A stretch of 20,000 nucleotides of DNA from Catajapyx aquilonaris (lineage: Eukaryota). Location: the NCBI GenBank assembly GCA_000934665.2, contig KZ538330.1, forward strand, positions 61,802 to 81,801, given 5' to 3'. Under the pieces are notes generated by a model. That model saw only the letters and a program-made list of their open reading frames with translations. It did no database searches and was not told the DNA's origin. Below are positions 1-11,976 of the stretch, piece after piece; within the stretch, counting starts at the first letter, position 1; each line of letters starts with the position of its first letter. The position numbers and the translations under genes were made by a program.

Positions 1-50
1 GCCCTTCACTGAAAAAATAGCTTGCAATAAGAACTGACACAAACTAGTAT

Positions 51-266
51 GCCGGGAACCGTGACGTGGGGTCCGAATGGGTCCAAAAACCACGACTTAT
101 CTACATTTTGGTAGGTGTGAAAATTATGAAACCGGATTTGATCCATGAAAGGAAGTTTTTTTGAGGAGTACACGGAGTTTCAGGTCATTATCGTTTCAGG
201 ATCACTCATGGCGATGAATTTTAACTCCTTTGGGGTCCAAAAAGACCCCACGGCACGGTTCCAGGG
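51..266. mobile_element. piggyBac-like MITE (degenerate)
   Basis: 22-bp inverted repeats with 20/22 match: ccgggaaccgtgacgtggggtc (52-73) and gaccccacggcacggttccagg (244-265). The right end is GGG followed by TTAA (267-270); the left TTAA is not preserved. Confidence 0.6.
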
Positions 267-740
267 TTAAAAATCCATCACATTACAGGCAAATGATGGA
301 AGTCAGTGAATTAAAAGATGATCCTCTAAAAGGCCCAAGGAGACCTATCACGGGCTAGCCATTATATTATTAATGCCTAAAAGATGGGTTTGCTAGGATA
401 GATTTTTTAAATGGGAGAGGAGGGGTCTGGGGGTAGGAGGAGGGAGGGGGAAAGAGTTAGTCCACTTTTGGTGGAAAATGAGTTATGGGTGGTTTCAGTT
501 TCAGTCCCAGTACCGTGACGGACATTGGGGACAATAGCAGTAAACATGAAAAAGTCTTCTCTAATCACGCTCACGTAATTTGCCAATATTGTTTTTTTTT
601 GCAATTTCTGTGTCAATTGAACCATTTTTGTGGACATAGAGTGTGTGTGTTCTGGAAAGGGGCCATTTGTAGGAGGGGTTGGGGAGATGNGGGGTGGCAC
701 ACATTTATGAAACCATGTTTAGGGTGTCACAGTTGGTAAA

Positions 741-756
741 AGGTTGGAAACCAGTG
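741..756. mobile_element. Solo right terminus of a hAT/Charlie-type MITE
   Basis: aggttggaaaccagtg followed by attTAaaa resembles the TIR of the 10194 element. No partner left end was found. Confidence 0.35.
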
Positions 757-1200
757 ATTTAAAATACATGGTGGACGGAAAGTTTCCCCCTCTTCTGAAT
801 GAACACTGACAATAAATGAAACAAAATACATTCAATTTTACATCTTAACCCTAATAAGACGGGCGTCTCATATGCTGAGACCCTGACTTTGAACAATTCT
901 GCTGGCGAAACTGTAGCCTTTTGCCACTATGTAACGTGGTTTCTGTGTGGCTTTAAATTTTCTCTCGTGTAAAAAATCGCGAGTTTTGGACTACAAAATC
1001 GTGCATAAATAAACCGGATTAACCAGATTAACTTGAATGAAATCATCTTTTTGTGGCTGCTGAAAAAGAAACTTCAAAAAAATCCGACCTTGACAGGCAA
1101 ATTTTTGGCATACATATAGTTGCCCCCAAACCTCCTCAAGAGATTCCACCCTAAAATTAGTGCAAAAGATGATTCAATAGTTTTAAAATAAATAAATAAT

Positions 1201-1373
1201 GGGTGCCTCCCTGGGGGTGCGAGCAAGGTGCACCTCTGGACTTAATCTAACCAAGAGGTAATAACTGGACTAACTATGAACTTAATCAATCACCCCTGGT
1301 GTAGGGGATGCGACAAGGACCAATATATTGTCTACAAAGGGGTGCGGAGGCCCGGAAAGGTTAAGAACCTCTG
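1201..1373. mobile_element. 5'-truncated hAT/Charlie-type MITE remnant
   Basis: Ends in aggttaagaacctctg (1358-1373) and contains repeated ggggtgcg subterminal motifs. The left TIR is absent. Confidence 0.35.
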
Positions 1374-1383
1374 CTTATATAAT

Positions 1384-1618
1384 TATGTTCCTGGGCTTGG
1401 CTCAATTTTGACATTTTTGTGGGTTGACAAATTATTGCACAACACCGTCCATGCACACGATTCATGAGTTACCTTTTCTGTCATTTGTGGCAGAAGTATG
1501 GAGATTTCGCCACCTTGATTTTAACTGAATACCGGTACTATCCTTTGGATGTATGTTCCTGGGCATAACTCAATTTTGAAATTTTTGTGGGTTGACCCAT
1601 TATTGCATAACACTGTCC
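1384..1618. repeat. Imperfect direct repeat of about 67 bp, two copies 168 bp apart
   Basis: tatgttcctgggcttggctcaattttgacatttttgtgggttgacaaattattgcacaacaccgtcc (1384-1450) versus tatgttcctgggcataactcaattttgaaatttttgtgggttgacccattattgcataacactgtcc (1552-1618). Confidence 0.85.
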
Positions 1619-1925
1619 CATTATCCCTCCTCTTTCGATCACTTCTGTGTACGTTGACTGACACCAAGTTCAACATATGTACCAGACACTACACACGGGT
1701 TTGCTACTATAAATTAATTACTTAATAACATGTTTTGATACTCTACGTATGTAAGGCAAAATTTCTTTGTTTTTTTGTTTGCCCATGGCAACAGCATTTT
1801 GCTGGTGATTATCATGGAAACAGGCTGTCGAAGAACGGGCTCCTCTGCTAGTGAGATTATAAGACTACTGAAGAGATTGCATAAGCAGCATCATCACACA
1901 CTGTATTTCTTTCTCTCTTTTTAAG

Positions 1926-2316
1926 ATAACAGATGACTTGTCATCTCTGGTGGTAGCCCAGCTACTCTTCCTCCAATCTGAGAGTAGCAAGAAGCCCATC
2001 CACATGTACATAAACAGTCCTGGCGGTGTGGTGACTTCAGGACTGGCCATCTATGATACCATGCAATATGTTCTTCCTCCCATTGCCACTTGGTGCGTGG
2101 GACAGGCTATGAGCATGGCCAGCCTACTGCTGGCTGCAGGAAGCCCTGGGATGCGACATTCCTTGCCAAATGCCCGCATCATGATTCACCAACCATCTGG
2201 TGGAGCTCATGGACAGGCCACTGACATCCAGATACAGGCGGAGGAGATTCTCAAGCTCAAGAAGCAGATCAATGGCCTTTTTGTCAAGCATACTGGACTG
2301 AATCTTTCTATTGTTG
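1926..2316 (+). CDS. ClpP: Mitochondrial ATP-dependent Clp protease proteolytic subunit, penultimate coding exon (gene is 5'-partial)
   Basis: Follows a polypyrimidine tract ending ttaag (1921-1925). Reads [34 protein letters not shown]...[14 protein letters not shown]...[10 protein letters not shown]...[21 protein letters not shown], with the ClpP catalytic Ser (AMSM) and His (MIHQP) motifs. Ends at G|GTGAGT donor (intron starts 2317, phase 1). No upstream ClpP exon was recognised in 1-1925. Confidence 0.97.
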
Positions 2317-2384
2317 GTGAGTCTTCATAACAGTAACTTCTCTGGTGTGTTGTTACCCAAATATCTGACTCCAATGTGCTAGTA

Positions 2385-2640
2385 CTGCAGTCTTCAACCT
2401 TTTTTTTATGCAGAACACTTGGCTGCTAAGATTTTTACTGGAACCCATTACAATAATGCCCTTGACACCTTGAATACCTAATAATAGTGTGATGTTCTCC
2501 TGTGATGCCTATGGTCGTAGGTCCTGTATCTACACATCTGGCTTGAGAGTCATGTACCTGACAACAACTGCACATTGATATTTGAAGGTTTTCTGGATTA
2601 TCACCCTGGGCCTTTGCAGAACATAGGTTGAAGACCAGTG
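2385..2640. mobile_element. Old hAT (Buster/Charlie-type) MITE in the last ClpP intron
   Basis: Inverted ends ctgcagtcttcaacct and aggttgaagaccagtg. Flanking 8-mers tgctagta (2377-2384) and tgatggta (2641-2648) match 6/8. The subterminal motif tgcagaaca occurs near both ends. Confidence 0.55.
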
Positions 2641-2808
2641 TGATGGTATTTGCAGGGAGTTGCAAATGTCCTGTTCCATATTCTGTATTCTAAATTATGT
2701 GCAAAACTATTGTTAAAATGTTAAACTATTAGGTTTTGTTTCTTCTATACATTACAATGGGTTATGTCGGCACAGCTATAAGCATTTTGTGTTCTCATCA
2801 ATTTTCAG

Positions 2809-2957
2809 AAAACAGTATGGAGCGAGACAAGTTCATGTCTCCAGCTGAAGCCAAGGAGTTTGGTCTAGTGGATAAAATCCTGGAGCATCCACCAAAGGTG
2901 GGGGTTACTGACCCACACCCTGATGACTCCCCTGAACCTGCTGCAGTGGCAGAATGA
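2809..2957 (+). CDS. ClpP: ClpP terminal coding exon
   Basis: Acceptor attttcag ends at 2808. The phase-1 join gives E-NSMERDKFMSPAEAKEFGLVDKILEHPP, with the catalytic Asp in ERD, then a metazoan-type acidic/Pro tail to TGA at 2955-2957. Confidence 0.96.
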
Positions 2958-3230
2958 GTCTTGCAAGACATGTTCCCTTTCAGAAAAGTTACATTTCCAG
3001 AACGTTGTGTTTTGAGTTCCTTTGTGTACCATAATATGACAATATAATATCATAGAATTATTTCTTTATTGTTTCACTTCTGAGCCATCCTGAAAGCAAT
3101 AGATCAGTGCACATCCAAGAGGAAGGTGCACCACCAGACCAATGTCACAATCGAAAACAGTGTGAACTAATCTCCCTGGAAGAGATTGTTTCAGAGGCAC
3201 CTAACATCACTGCACACTTTGTATGGGGTG

Positions 3231-3236
3231 AATAAA
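3231..3236 (+). terminator. Candidate polyadenylation signal of ClpP
   Basis: AATAAA about 270 bp after the stop codon; a second copy lies at 3305-3310. Confidence 0.5.
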
Positions 3237-5055
3237 ATATCATGTAAAAGAGTCCATCTGAGAATAGGTAATAGGAGTAGTATATCAGTTCCACAACTAC
3301 AACTAATAAAAAAATGAAGTTTTCAACGATAATAGCATTGTAGAGCTGGAACAGGATGAACCCAAAAGTCCAGTGATCATATTGCCATTCTTAGGAGGGA
3401 TAGGCAGTTGCCAGTGCAATACTAGCACCTACAGCTATGGAAATAGCTCCCTCCATTTATCCATGTCCCTGTGTGACACCCATCATTTCTCCTCATTATG
3501 TTTCAGTACATGAGGAGGTAAGGGATTTACGAAAGAGCTTTACAAAGTGTTCAGGACATAATCGTGCTGTTATAAATCTTCACAATCTTGTGTATGCATA
3601 TTGCATGAGTCTGTGAACCAACACACTCCCCTCCAGTCCATTTCTTCTGCATTCTTATTGCAGTTTCTCAACTTGCATTCCATTCCCAGTCCTTCAACCT
3701 GCCACCCCAAACACCATAAGCATGTGCTCTGCGTCCTCCCTCACAATCAAGAATAATATCTGCTGAAGGTGAGATTGAAAGTTCGCAGACTTGAGCAATG
3801 TGCAGTAGTATCCTTTTCAAGCAAAGAATGCAAAGCAATTAATTGTAATAAAATGTCACAGTTAATGATAATTTATTTCATTAATTCACACTTGGCTCTC
3901 AAGCTCTTCTAATAATTAGTCTAATCTCTAATGTGTCATTTTTAGATTTAGGTAGGTAATGTAGTAATATACTTAATTGGGAGGCTGCATGAATATCTTT
4001 TTCAAGCTGCTTTCCAATGAAATACAGAATCTGAATAAAAATCCAAGTTGAATAGTAAATGAACATGTTATTCTGGAAATCCACAAGAGACCACATGAAA
4101 TACATCACATTGGAAACCCCTGAATGACGTAATTACAAATAATGCAGCACACCTTGTAACAGCAGTATATAGTAATAGAAATCAGCTGTCACTCGAATCC
4201 CTGGGCAATTTAGCTAATTTTTAGTCATTTGGAAATTACACTGCTCTGTTGCTGAGGAGAGGGTGAAAAACAGTATCATGACAAGAGCCATTATTCCCGT
4301 TCCTCCTCCTCTCCCACGACTATCCATCATAAAACAGGATAATTACACCTATCCTGGATGTGCAACAGGTTTCTGCATGGCAGGAAATGCTCCGAAAAAC
4401 GTCGGGGCGATATATTATACTGGTCGCAATATTTTTTTCCCCCTTCCTCGTACTACATACTCGGAGAAGAAAAAAAAAAAAACATGGCGGGGGGGATATT
4501 AAACCATATCCACATAATTTTGAACTAGCCACACAATTATTAAAAATTATCCAGCTCCTTCACCTCATGCATGGAGACTTGTGCGCGGGAATCAGAAACG
4601 AATCGGAATAATCGGCGGGAGTACGAAGGTATACCGAATGAATGCTAGGAAAGAATCCAACTTATATATTTCTGCGAATCATAACACATGCCCATATGTG
4701 TTTGATGTGTGTATATAGTGTGGATGGGCGGTGGGTTGGTTGGTTGCTGGGAAGGATTTCGGGTTGCGGAGTCGAGGTGGCGCTGGGCTCGCGCTCCTCC
4801 AGCACCCGAGGGCCTCCGTGACCTCGGCGTAGCAGGTGAGCTGGAGGAGGAGGTGGTGGTGGTGGTGGTGGAGAGGGGGCATGGGGTGGAGAAGAGCAGC
4901 AGGAGAAAGAGAAAAGAAAGAGAAAGAGAGACGGACAGACAGACAGACGGACCCTGGCTGGCTATCGGGCTTATATATTGCTGTGGTCAGCAGCATCTCC
5001 GGGAGGAGCAGAAGACGTGCGGTAAGCAGGTGGACAGCAGGGTAGAAAGTGGAGG

Positions 5056-5410
5056 ATGCAGTCGGGAGGTGGTGGTCATCAGAATCTGAAGAGCACCAAG
5101 AGCCACCCCCCTCCCCCTCCCCCGCCCTCCGCCGGTAACAAACCCCAACCACAGACGTCATCTTCCTCGAGCTCTTCATCTCTACCACCCTCGCCCTCAC
5201 CCTCTCCAAGCAAAGGCGGTGGCAGCGGCGGGGGTGGGGGTGTCAGAGGAGGAGGAGGAGGTGCAGCAGCAGCAGCAGGAGGAGGAGGAGGAGGAGGAGG
5301 AGGAGGGAGGGGCGGCCCCATGCCCGACGCCAGGGCCAAGCAGATTCTGAAGGAGGCCGTCGACGCCGTTGTCAACAGCTTTGCAAAGCACACACATGGA
5401 TATGGACGAG
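5056..5410 (+). CDS. lft: Lowfat / Limb expression 1-like (LIX1L) protein, exon 1
   Basis: ATG at 5056 (alternative in-frame ATG at 5320). A low-complexity P/S/G/A N-terminus is followed by the LIX1-family motif ILKEAVDAVVNSFAKHTHGYGR. Donor G|GTGAAA at 5411, phase 1. Confidence 0.9.
5246..5310 (+). repeat. (GGA)n/(GCA)n coding trinucleotide repeat (poly-Gly/poly-Ala)
   Basis: Directly visible inside lowfat exon 1. Confidence 0.9.
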
Positions 5411-5505
5411 GTGAAAGTCTCTCATGCTGCACTCTCACCCCCTTTCTTGCTCCCACCACCCACATAAAAAAACCACTACCCAGCCACAATTCACTTTCAT
5501 GTTAA

Positions 5506-5751
<246 letters not shown>

Positions 5752-5763
5752 TGATTGTTGTAA

Positions 5764-6429
<666 letters not shown>

Positions 6430-6482
6430 CTGGCATAAATTCTACTTCATGTAACTTTTTCCATTTTCATTAATGGCTTGTA

Positions 6483-6488
6483 AATAAA
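6483..6488 (+). terminator. Candidate polyadenylation signal of lowfat
   Basis: AATAAA about 55 bp after the stop codon; another lies at 6748-6753. Confidence 0.45.
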
Positions 6489-7806
6489 ATCCACCACTGC
6501 TGCTGCCATCATATTCAATACTTGTAATTTTTCAAACTTCATGGTTCCTCGCAATTTCAGTATAAGTTTAACTCTAAAATAGGAAGATGCTGCAGCAAGG
6601 CTCAGGTAAGGCAAAATAGCTATAGTGTATAATTGTATATTATGGATTTGAAAACGTTGACCTCAATCAATATACAATGTAATTCCTGCTGCGCATGGTA
6701 CTTGAAGTGGGACAAATGCAATTAAACTTGCTACAGCAAACTTGATTAATAAAAGAACCGCTGGAATCCTGCACTTGACCTTGAAAGCTGTTAGTCACCC
6801 AGAGTTATGGAGATCCACGAAGAAGAATTGGTATGTGGATGAAGGGCGCCGCTGATTGTGTCACACTGATTCCAGAGAGCAAATGCATTACTTTTTTTGT
6901 TGCAGTGACAAGCGGGTGGAAATTAAACTCACTTAGATGACCTTGAACCTGAGTGGGCCAACAACTTTTTTTGTGCATATTTGCAAATGCATTGTGTGTG
7001 GCAAAGCAATTTCAGAACCTCAAATCCACTTGTAATGTCTCATCCGGACAGTCCAAACCATGTATCGCATACCTGAAGTTGTCCCAATCCCTCAAGTTGG
7101 CTGGTATCGTGCCAATGTGACCAACATATTTGCACTCACTTCACAATATAAAAAGGGCCGTGACAGTATTTATGTTTCTTTATTTTCTGGTCTGGGCAAG
7201 GATGGCAGCATTATGACTTATCTGGATAAGTACAGTACTGTTCCGTGTGCAAGAAACCCATCATTTTGTGGCCAGTTCCTGTCCGGTGAAAGAATTTTGG
7301 CACGAAGATGGGTATAGTGATGAGCTGATGATAGCCTACACACGAGATGGGTCAATGTCAAAGTAACTGAGCAAAACTCTCTTCCGCCTCCAGCCTCCGC
7401 TACGGTACCCCGTCGACGAGTCTTCTGCTGCCCCGCCCTCCTCCAGTTGTTTCTCCCCATCCTCCTCACCTCTGCTGGCCACCTTGACACGGCCCATCTT
7501 TTCCCGAGCTATACTCTTTCCCCCCCGAGTGTTTTTGCAAAGTGCCAAAGCGATAATGGGCGGGGAGAAGAGGACCTCGCCCTGGCCCCAGGGGCCCCTC
7601 CCTGGACATTGCCCCGCTGGCCCAGGTGGCCCATCCAGTGCAAGCTCTTGGCGGGTGAGTGACCCCAGCTCAGGTATATCGAAGGAGAGGATCATGGGGT
7701 GGGTGGGTGGAAAAAAGGGGGTTGGGGTGGGCAGGCTATGGTAGGTGAAGCCCCTCCCTTTGCAACAACTACTCTTATGCATCTTGCCCTTGTCCACTCA
7801 GTCGCC

Positions 7807-8017
7807 ATGAGGGCCTCTTCCAGCACCAAAAGCGGCACCTTCCTCCACATCCTCCTCCTCCTGTACCATCTCCTTCTGCTGGTGGCCCTCTGCGGGGGGT
7901 CCCTCTCTTCCCAGGGGGACCCCCTCCCTGCAGGGGCGGCCTTCCCGAAAGAAGTTACCCCTTACTTCCCTGCCCGACTCCTCCTCGACGACGACGCCAT
8001 CGTCGTCTCCGTCGACG
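7807..8017 (+). CDS. Clip-domain serine protease exon 1 (signal peptide)
   Basis: GCCATGA start context. Reads MRASSSTKSGTFLHILLLLYHLLLLVALCGGSLSS, a hydrophobic signal. Strong donor G|GTAAGT at 8018 (phase 1) matches the phase of exon 2. In-frame upstream ATGs exist at 7738 and 7777. Confidence 0.75.
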
Positions 8018-10193
8018 GTAAGTGTTTCCAAATCTTTGAGCTCCACAAGTGGTTGTCATGGTACACCTAAGGCTATATACCCGTTTCATTTTCGCCAATT
8101 CAATTGAATATTGCAAAAAAATATATAAGGCAAATTCTCCGATTATTATGACCACAACACATAATCCAGCATAATCTGATATTTCCTTCCTCCTAATTAA
8201 TAGCTGTTTTAGTGATTTTTTTTAAAGTATATACGAGCTCTATCGTGTAGGTCAAGTGTATTGCTACTGAACCATCCGCTTACAACCAGATTAGCCAAAT
8301 ACTGATTTACATTTGGGCCAGTTTCGCGATGGCATGCAAAGTGACATTAAGGTCTTGCAAGCATGCTACTTTCACATCTTTCATGTCGCGCGGGTGGTCA
8401 CATAAACCCCGCAATATGCTGCTGGGGAGCCCAGGTTATTTAATCTACCAAAATACTTCAGAGGAGTGAAAAATCTGGATGCTGACCTATCGACCCGTGA
8501 GAACCGAAACTTGTAATCATGATACGAATCATGATTTAACCCCGTGCCTGATGGCCGAAACATGAAAAGCCTTGACCGCCTGGCTTTTTCTCCCCCCTTC
8601 TCAGTTTGTACCTCTTTTTTTTTTGTTTTTTTGCGGCCTTCCAATTAACGTCCATTCAAGTGGCCACACCGCTTCCTAAAAAACTAACGTGTTCGTGAAT
8701 TAGGAGTTCACGGAAATAATAAGTGACCGGCTACCGAACCACATGATGCGCCACATGCAAAGTGGACCTTCCAGTAGCGCAGCCTCTCTGGCGACCTGCT
8801 GTATACGCGGCGTGGATGAGATTTCAATCCGCATTCTGCCTCGATTGATTAGGTGCTGATGACTTATAACGGTTTCTTAACGTGATGTAACGTCGGTTGT
8901 GACATAAACAGCCCTACTTGAAGGTCAACAACTTGCGGGTTAAGCAGCATTTTTACAGCTATTGGATTCAAAGATGATGCTACAGTTTTTCCATTTTATT
9001 TCGGAAAAGGTAACAACATGGTTGCAGTGAATGAACAAATGGTCTCTTAACATTAGGTACCGCAGCCACCAAGGACAAAGCGGCTATTATCTTGTATTGC
9101 CCCTAATGACACGCGGTATTATCTGGGGATCAGACTTGCACCGGATGGTTCCCTGAGGCCAAAACTTTAATGAAGATGCGCATTGAATGATTTCATCAAG
9201 TGAGGGCCGCCGAGTCATAGCTCCACTTAATAAACCTGCCGCCAAAAAAAGGTGACGCCATTTTTCAGTCGTTTTTTTTTCTTGTCTTATTTTTTTGTGA
9301 GTGCGCCACAGCGATGATTCAGGGGTAAAGAAATGCTGACTCGTGAGCATGCAAACCTGTGCTCCTGACCTAAGTGCTGGTCGAACTGGATACCGTTATT
9401 GTTGAGTCACTAACTGCGAGCAGTGCTGCTCCAAAGGAACGAGATCTATATCGATCACGTTATATAGTTCGAGGAATTGGATGCACTAAATCATCCGTCA
9501 CCTGAACCTCGACTTGTAGAGGTGACGTGAACTAGGACGCACTTTTCATAAGAAGGAAATGCGACGTATAGGCCTACTAAATGGTTCCCCCAGAAAATAT
9601 ATTGTCAAAAGGAACTGAGGAGGAAAAACCAGCAATAAGCTTATCACTGGAATTCCCCAGAGAATTCCCTCTTTTGGAGTGTAGCAACAGGAAACTACCC
9701 GAGCCAGTGATGAACACAATGATTCGTGTAAACGACAATAAATATCAGGCAAAATTCCCATGAGACAAAGTTGCTTCAGACAATTCCTTGAACTAACAGT
9801 AAGACGAACGTATAGAGAAAAATTAGTTCTGGCATCGAACTGAAAATAACTAGGAAAATATCCGATAACTTATTGTAAAATTATATACACAGCGAGATTT
9901 TCCTGTAATTTATGGTCATACAACTGGAACTAATTATGCGTCATGCTGTGGCAATTGGTTTTGATCTCGTTCGCAATGCAGTGTAGAAGATATCCTGGAG
10001 GGCATATCACCCGTACGGTAAATTTGCTAGGCGTTTTGTACGATCCACAGGATATCTCCTGCGTCAAATGGTAAATTAATCTAAACTTGCTGACCGCCAT
10101 TCCGTAACAACACCTCGAACCAAAAATGTCGAATTTGGCCAATGGATGGCTTTACCTGAATCTAATGTGGGTGTCACTCACCACCCTGTACGG

Positions 10194-10415
10194 CAGTGGT
10201 TCCCAACCTTTTTCGAGTCGCGACCCCCTTTTATATGATAGTCAAGTAACCTACGAATCCCCCCCCCCCCCTCCCCGCCGAGTGTTACTGTTAGTAGGCG
10301 TTGGAAAAAAAACCTTCGCGATGAAATTGCCTATTATATTTTTTGTACTTAATAAAAAATTATAATTTATAAAAATTACCGCGGCCACGCGCGACCCCCA
10401 GGTTGGGAACCGCTG
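10194..10415. mobile_element. hAT (Buster/Charlie-type) MITE, 222 bp, in protease intron 1
   Basis: 16-bp TIRs CAGTGGTTCCCAACCT and AGGTTGGGAACCGCTG (15/16). Perfect 8-bp TSD ctgTAcgg at 10186-10193 and 10416-10423. Subterminal cgcgacccc motifs at both ends. Confidence 0.92.
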
Positions 10416-11976
10416 CTGTACGGTCTCACCCGTGTAGAGCCTTCTGGCACTTCTCATTTCGAAGAACACATCACACAGCTTGATTTCCTCGGAATTACTA
10501 AGAGCATTTTGATGTCGCGTCTGTCACTTCGACTTATTTGGCGTGACCATTTATAATTGTCTGAAGCCAGCAGCTTCACAATCTACACGAGATCATTAGC
10601 CGGACTCGAATCAGCCCCACTCTTTACAGGCTTCTACAAAAACAAAAGCAGCGGCTTCTTCAAAACCATCAACAAATGAGAATGTGTAACAAAAGCGTTT
10701 ATGAATCATCTTGGACCAGCAGGGTGTGGCAAAAATTTGATAAGCCCTGGCTGTTTTCCATACACTTCAGACGCCCCAGATTTTGTTTTTTTTCTTCTTC
10801 AAATAATAGGTTCCAGCTAATCAGCGACGGCAAACTTCAAGAGGGCATTGCCGAAATCTGCGTGTACGTGCCATACCGCTACAGGGCATAGCCTTCGCCT
10901 GCCAACTTTTTTTTTCCCCTCCATTCTCCCCGAGCCCTCTTCTTGAAACTGACTCAGAGCACAAAAACGCAGTCCTTAATTTCACGGTGGTACCAATCAA
11001 GCACGTGGAGCTGCAAGGAGATCTGCTCATTAAATCTGTCATTCAGACGTCCGATATGACATGGAAGTGATGCCCTGCTGGGAACTTGGGTACGGACAAT
11101 GTGACCGTAAAAAATGGGAAGCCGTTTGGGATGAGCGGGATTTAAAAAGATGGGTGGGCGTACAGGGAGAGAGTACTTGGAAGGTGTAGAGGCCTGAAGA
11201 AAAGAAGAAAAAGAAAAAGAGAGAGAGAGAAAAAGGAGGGCTAGGTGGTGGGATGGATAGATGGAAGGAATGCGGGCGGCTAATCGAAGGAAGAATCTTC
11301 AGGGGGCCATCCACGTACCTTTATAACCAGTTTGCGGCCTGCCACTCAACCCGGCAATCAACCCCGCCCCACGCTCTTTTTTTTGCGCGCTATTTTGAAT
11401 CCCCTCTCGGTCACCTTTGCACACCGCCATATACACACCTTGGTGCTTTCAAACTCGTCGCACAGTTATGCACGGGAGGGAGGTGTGCAACATGTGGCTA
11501 GTCAATTTCTGATAAACTGCCGATATGATTGTGCAAGCAATTAAAGCAGCACAATACATGTTGGTGTAAGTTCATGCAACAATACAGTATTTTATGCAGT
11601 AATTATATTAACTTTGAGGCATGATGGTTAAACAAATCAAACTCCACTCCAGATGTTCAACATAGTTGGAATAATAGTTATCCCCAATGATAATATGATT
11701 CTAAATTATTTTGTTGGAAGGTGTTGCGAGATAGCAAGGTGAAAACTTATTGAATTTCATATGACTTTCATCCTGGAAGGTAGTTGACCGGCGCGACGCT
11801 TCGTGTGGCTAACTACTTCCCAGGGGCTATTCTTACAATATATTGTTGCAAGACCTGCATGTGCTCTTTAATGTCTGTTTAATAAATCCCCAGATAAATC
11901 ATAAAGTACATAAACTGTGTGGCGGTTCATAGAGGAGTAAATAAACATTAACAATAAATGCTGGTGGTCTCTGCAG

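Noticed and set aside
1926..2957. ClpP as a bacterial gene or horizontal transfer
   Set aside because: It has GT-AG introns and the metazoan mitochondrial-type sequence ([21 protein letters not shown]) and tail.
3380..3780. Minus-strand purine-rich stretch vaguely like a decayed LINE 3' end
   Set aside because: There are stops in all frames and no diagnostic RT motif, so it cannot be supported without a database search.
4210..4330. Minus-strand short ORF MMDSRGRGGGTGIMALVMILFFTLSSATEQC resembling a signal peptide
   Set aside because: It stops after 38 codons, has only a weak donor candidate, and no recognisable downstream exon was found in 3300-4200.
4679..5489. Long minus-strand and alternate-frame ORFs (176, 136, 126 aa) over the lowfat 5' region
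   Set aside because: They are shadows of GC-rich triplet repeats; low-complexity translations with no recognisable domain.
7336..7797. 153-aa minus-strand ORF upstream of the protease
   Set aside because: GC-rich promoter-like sequence with no homology recognised; probably a chance ORF.
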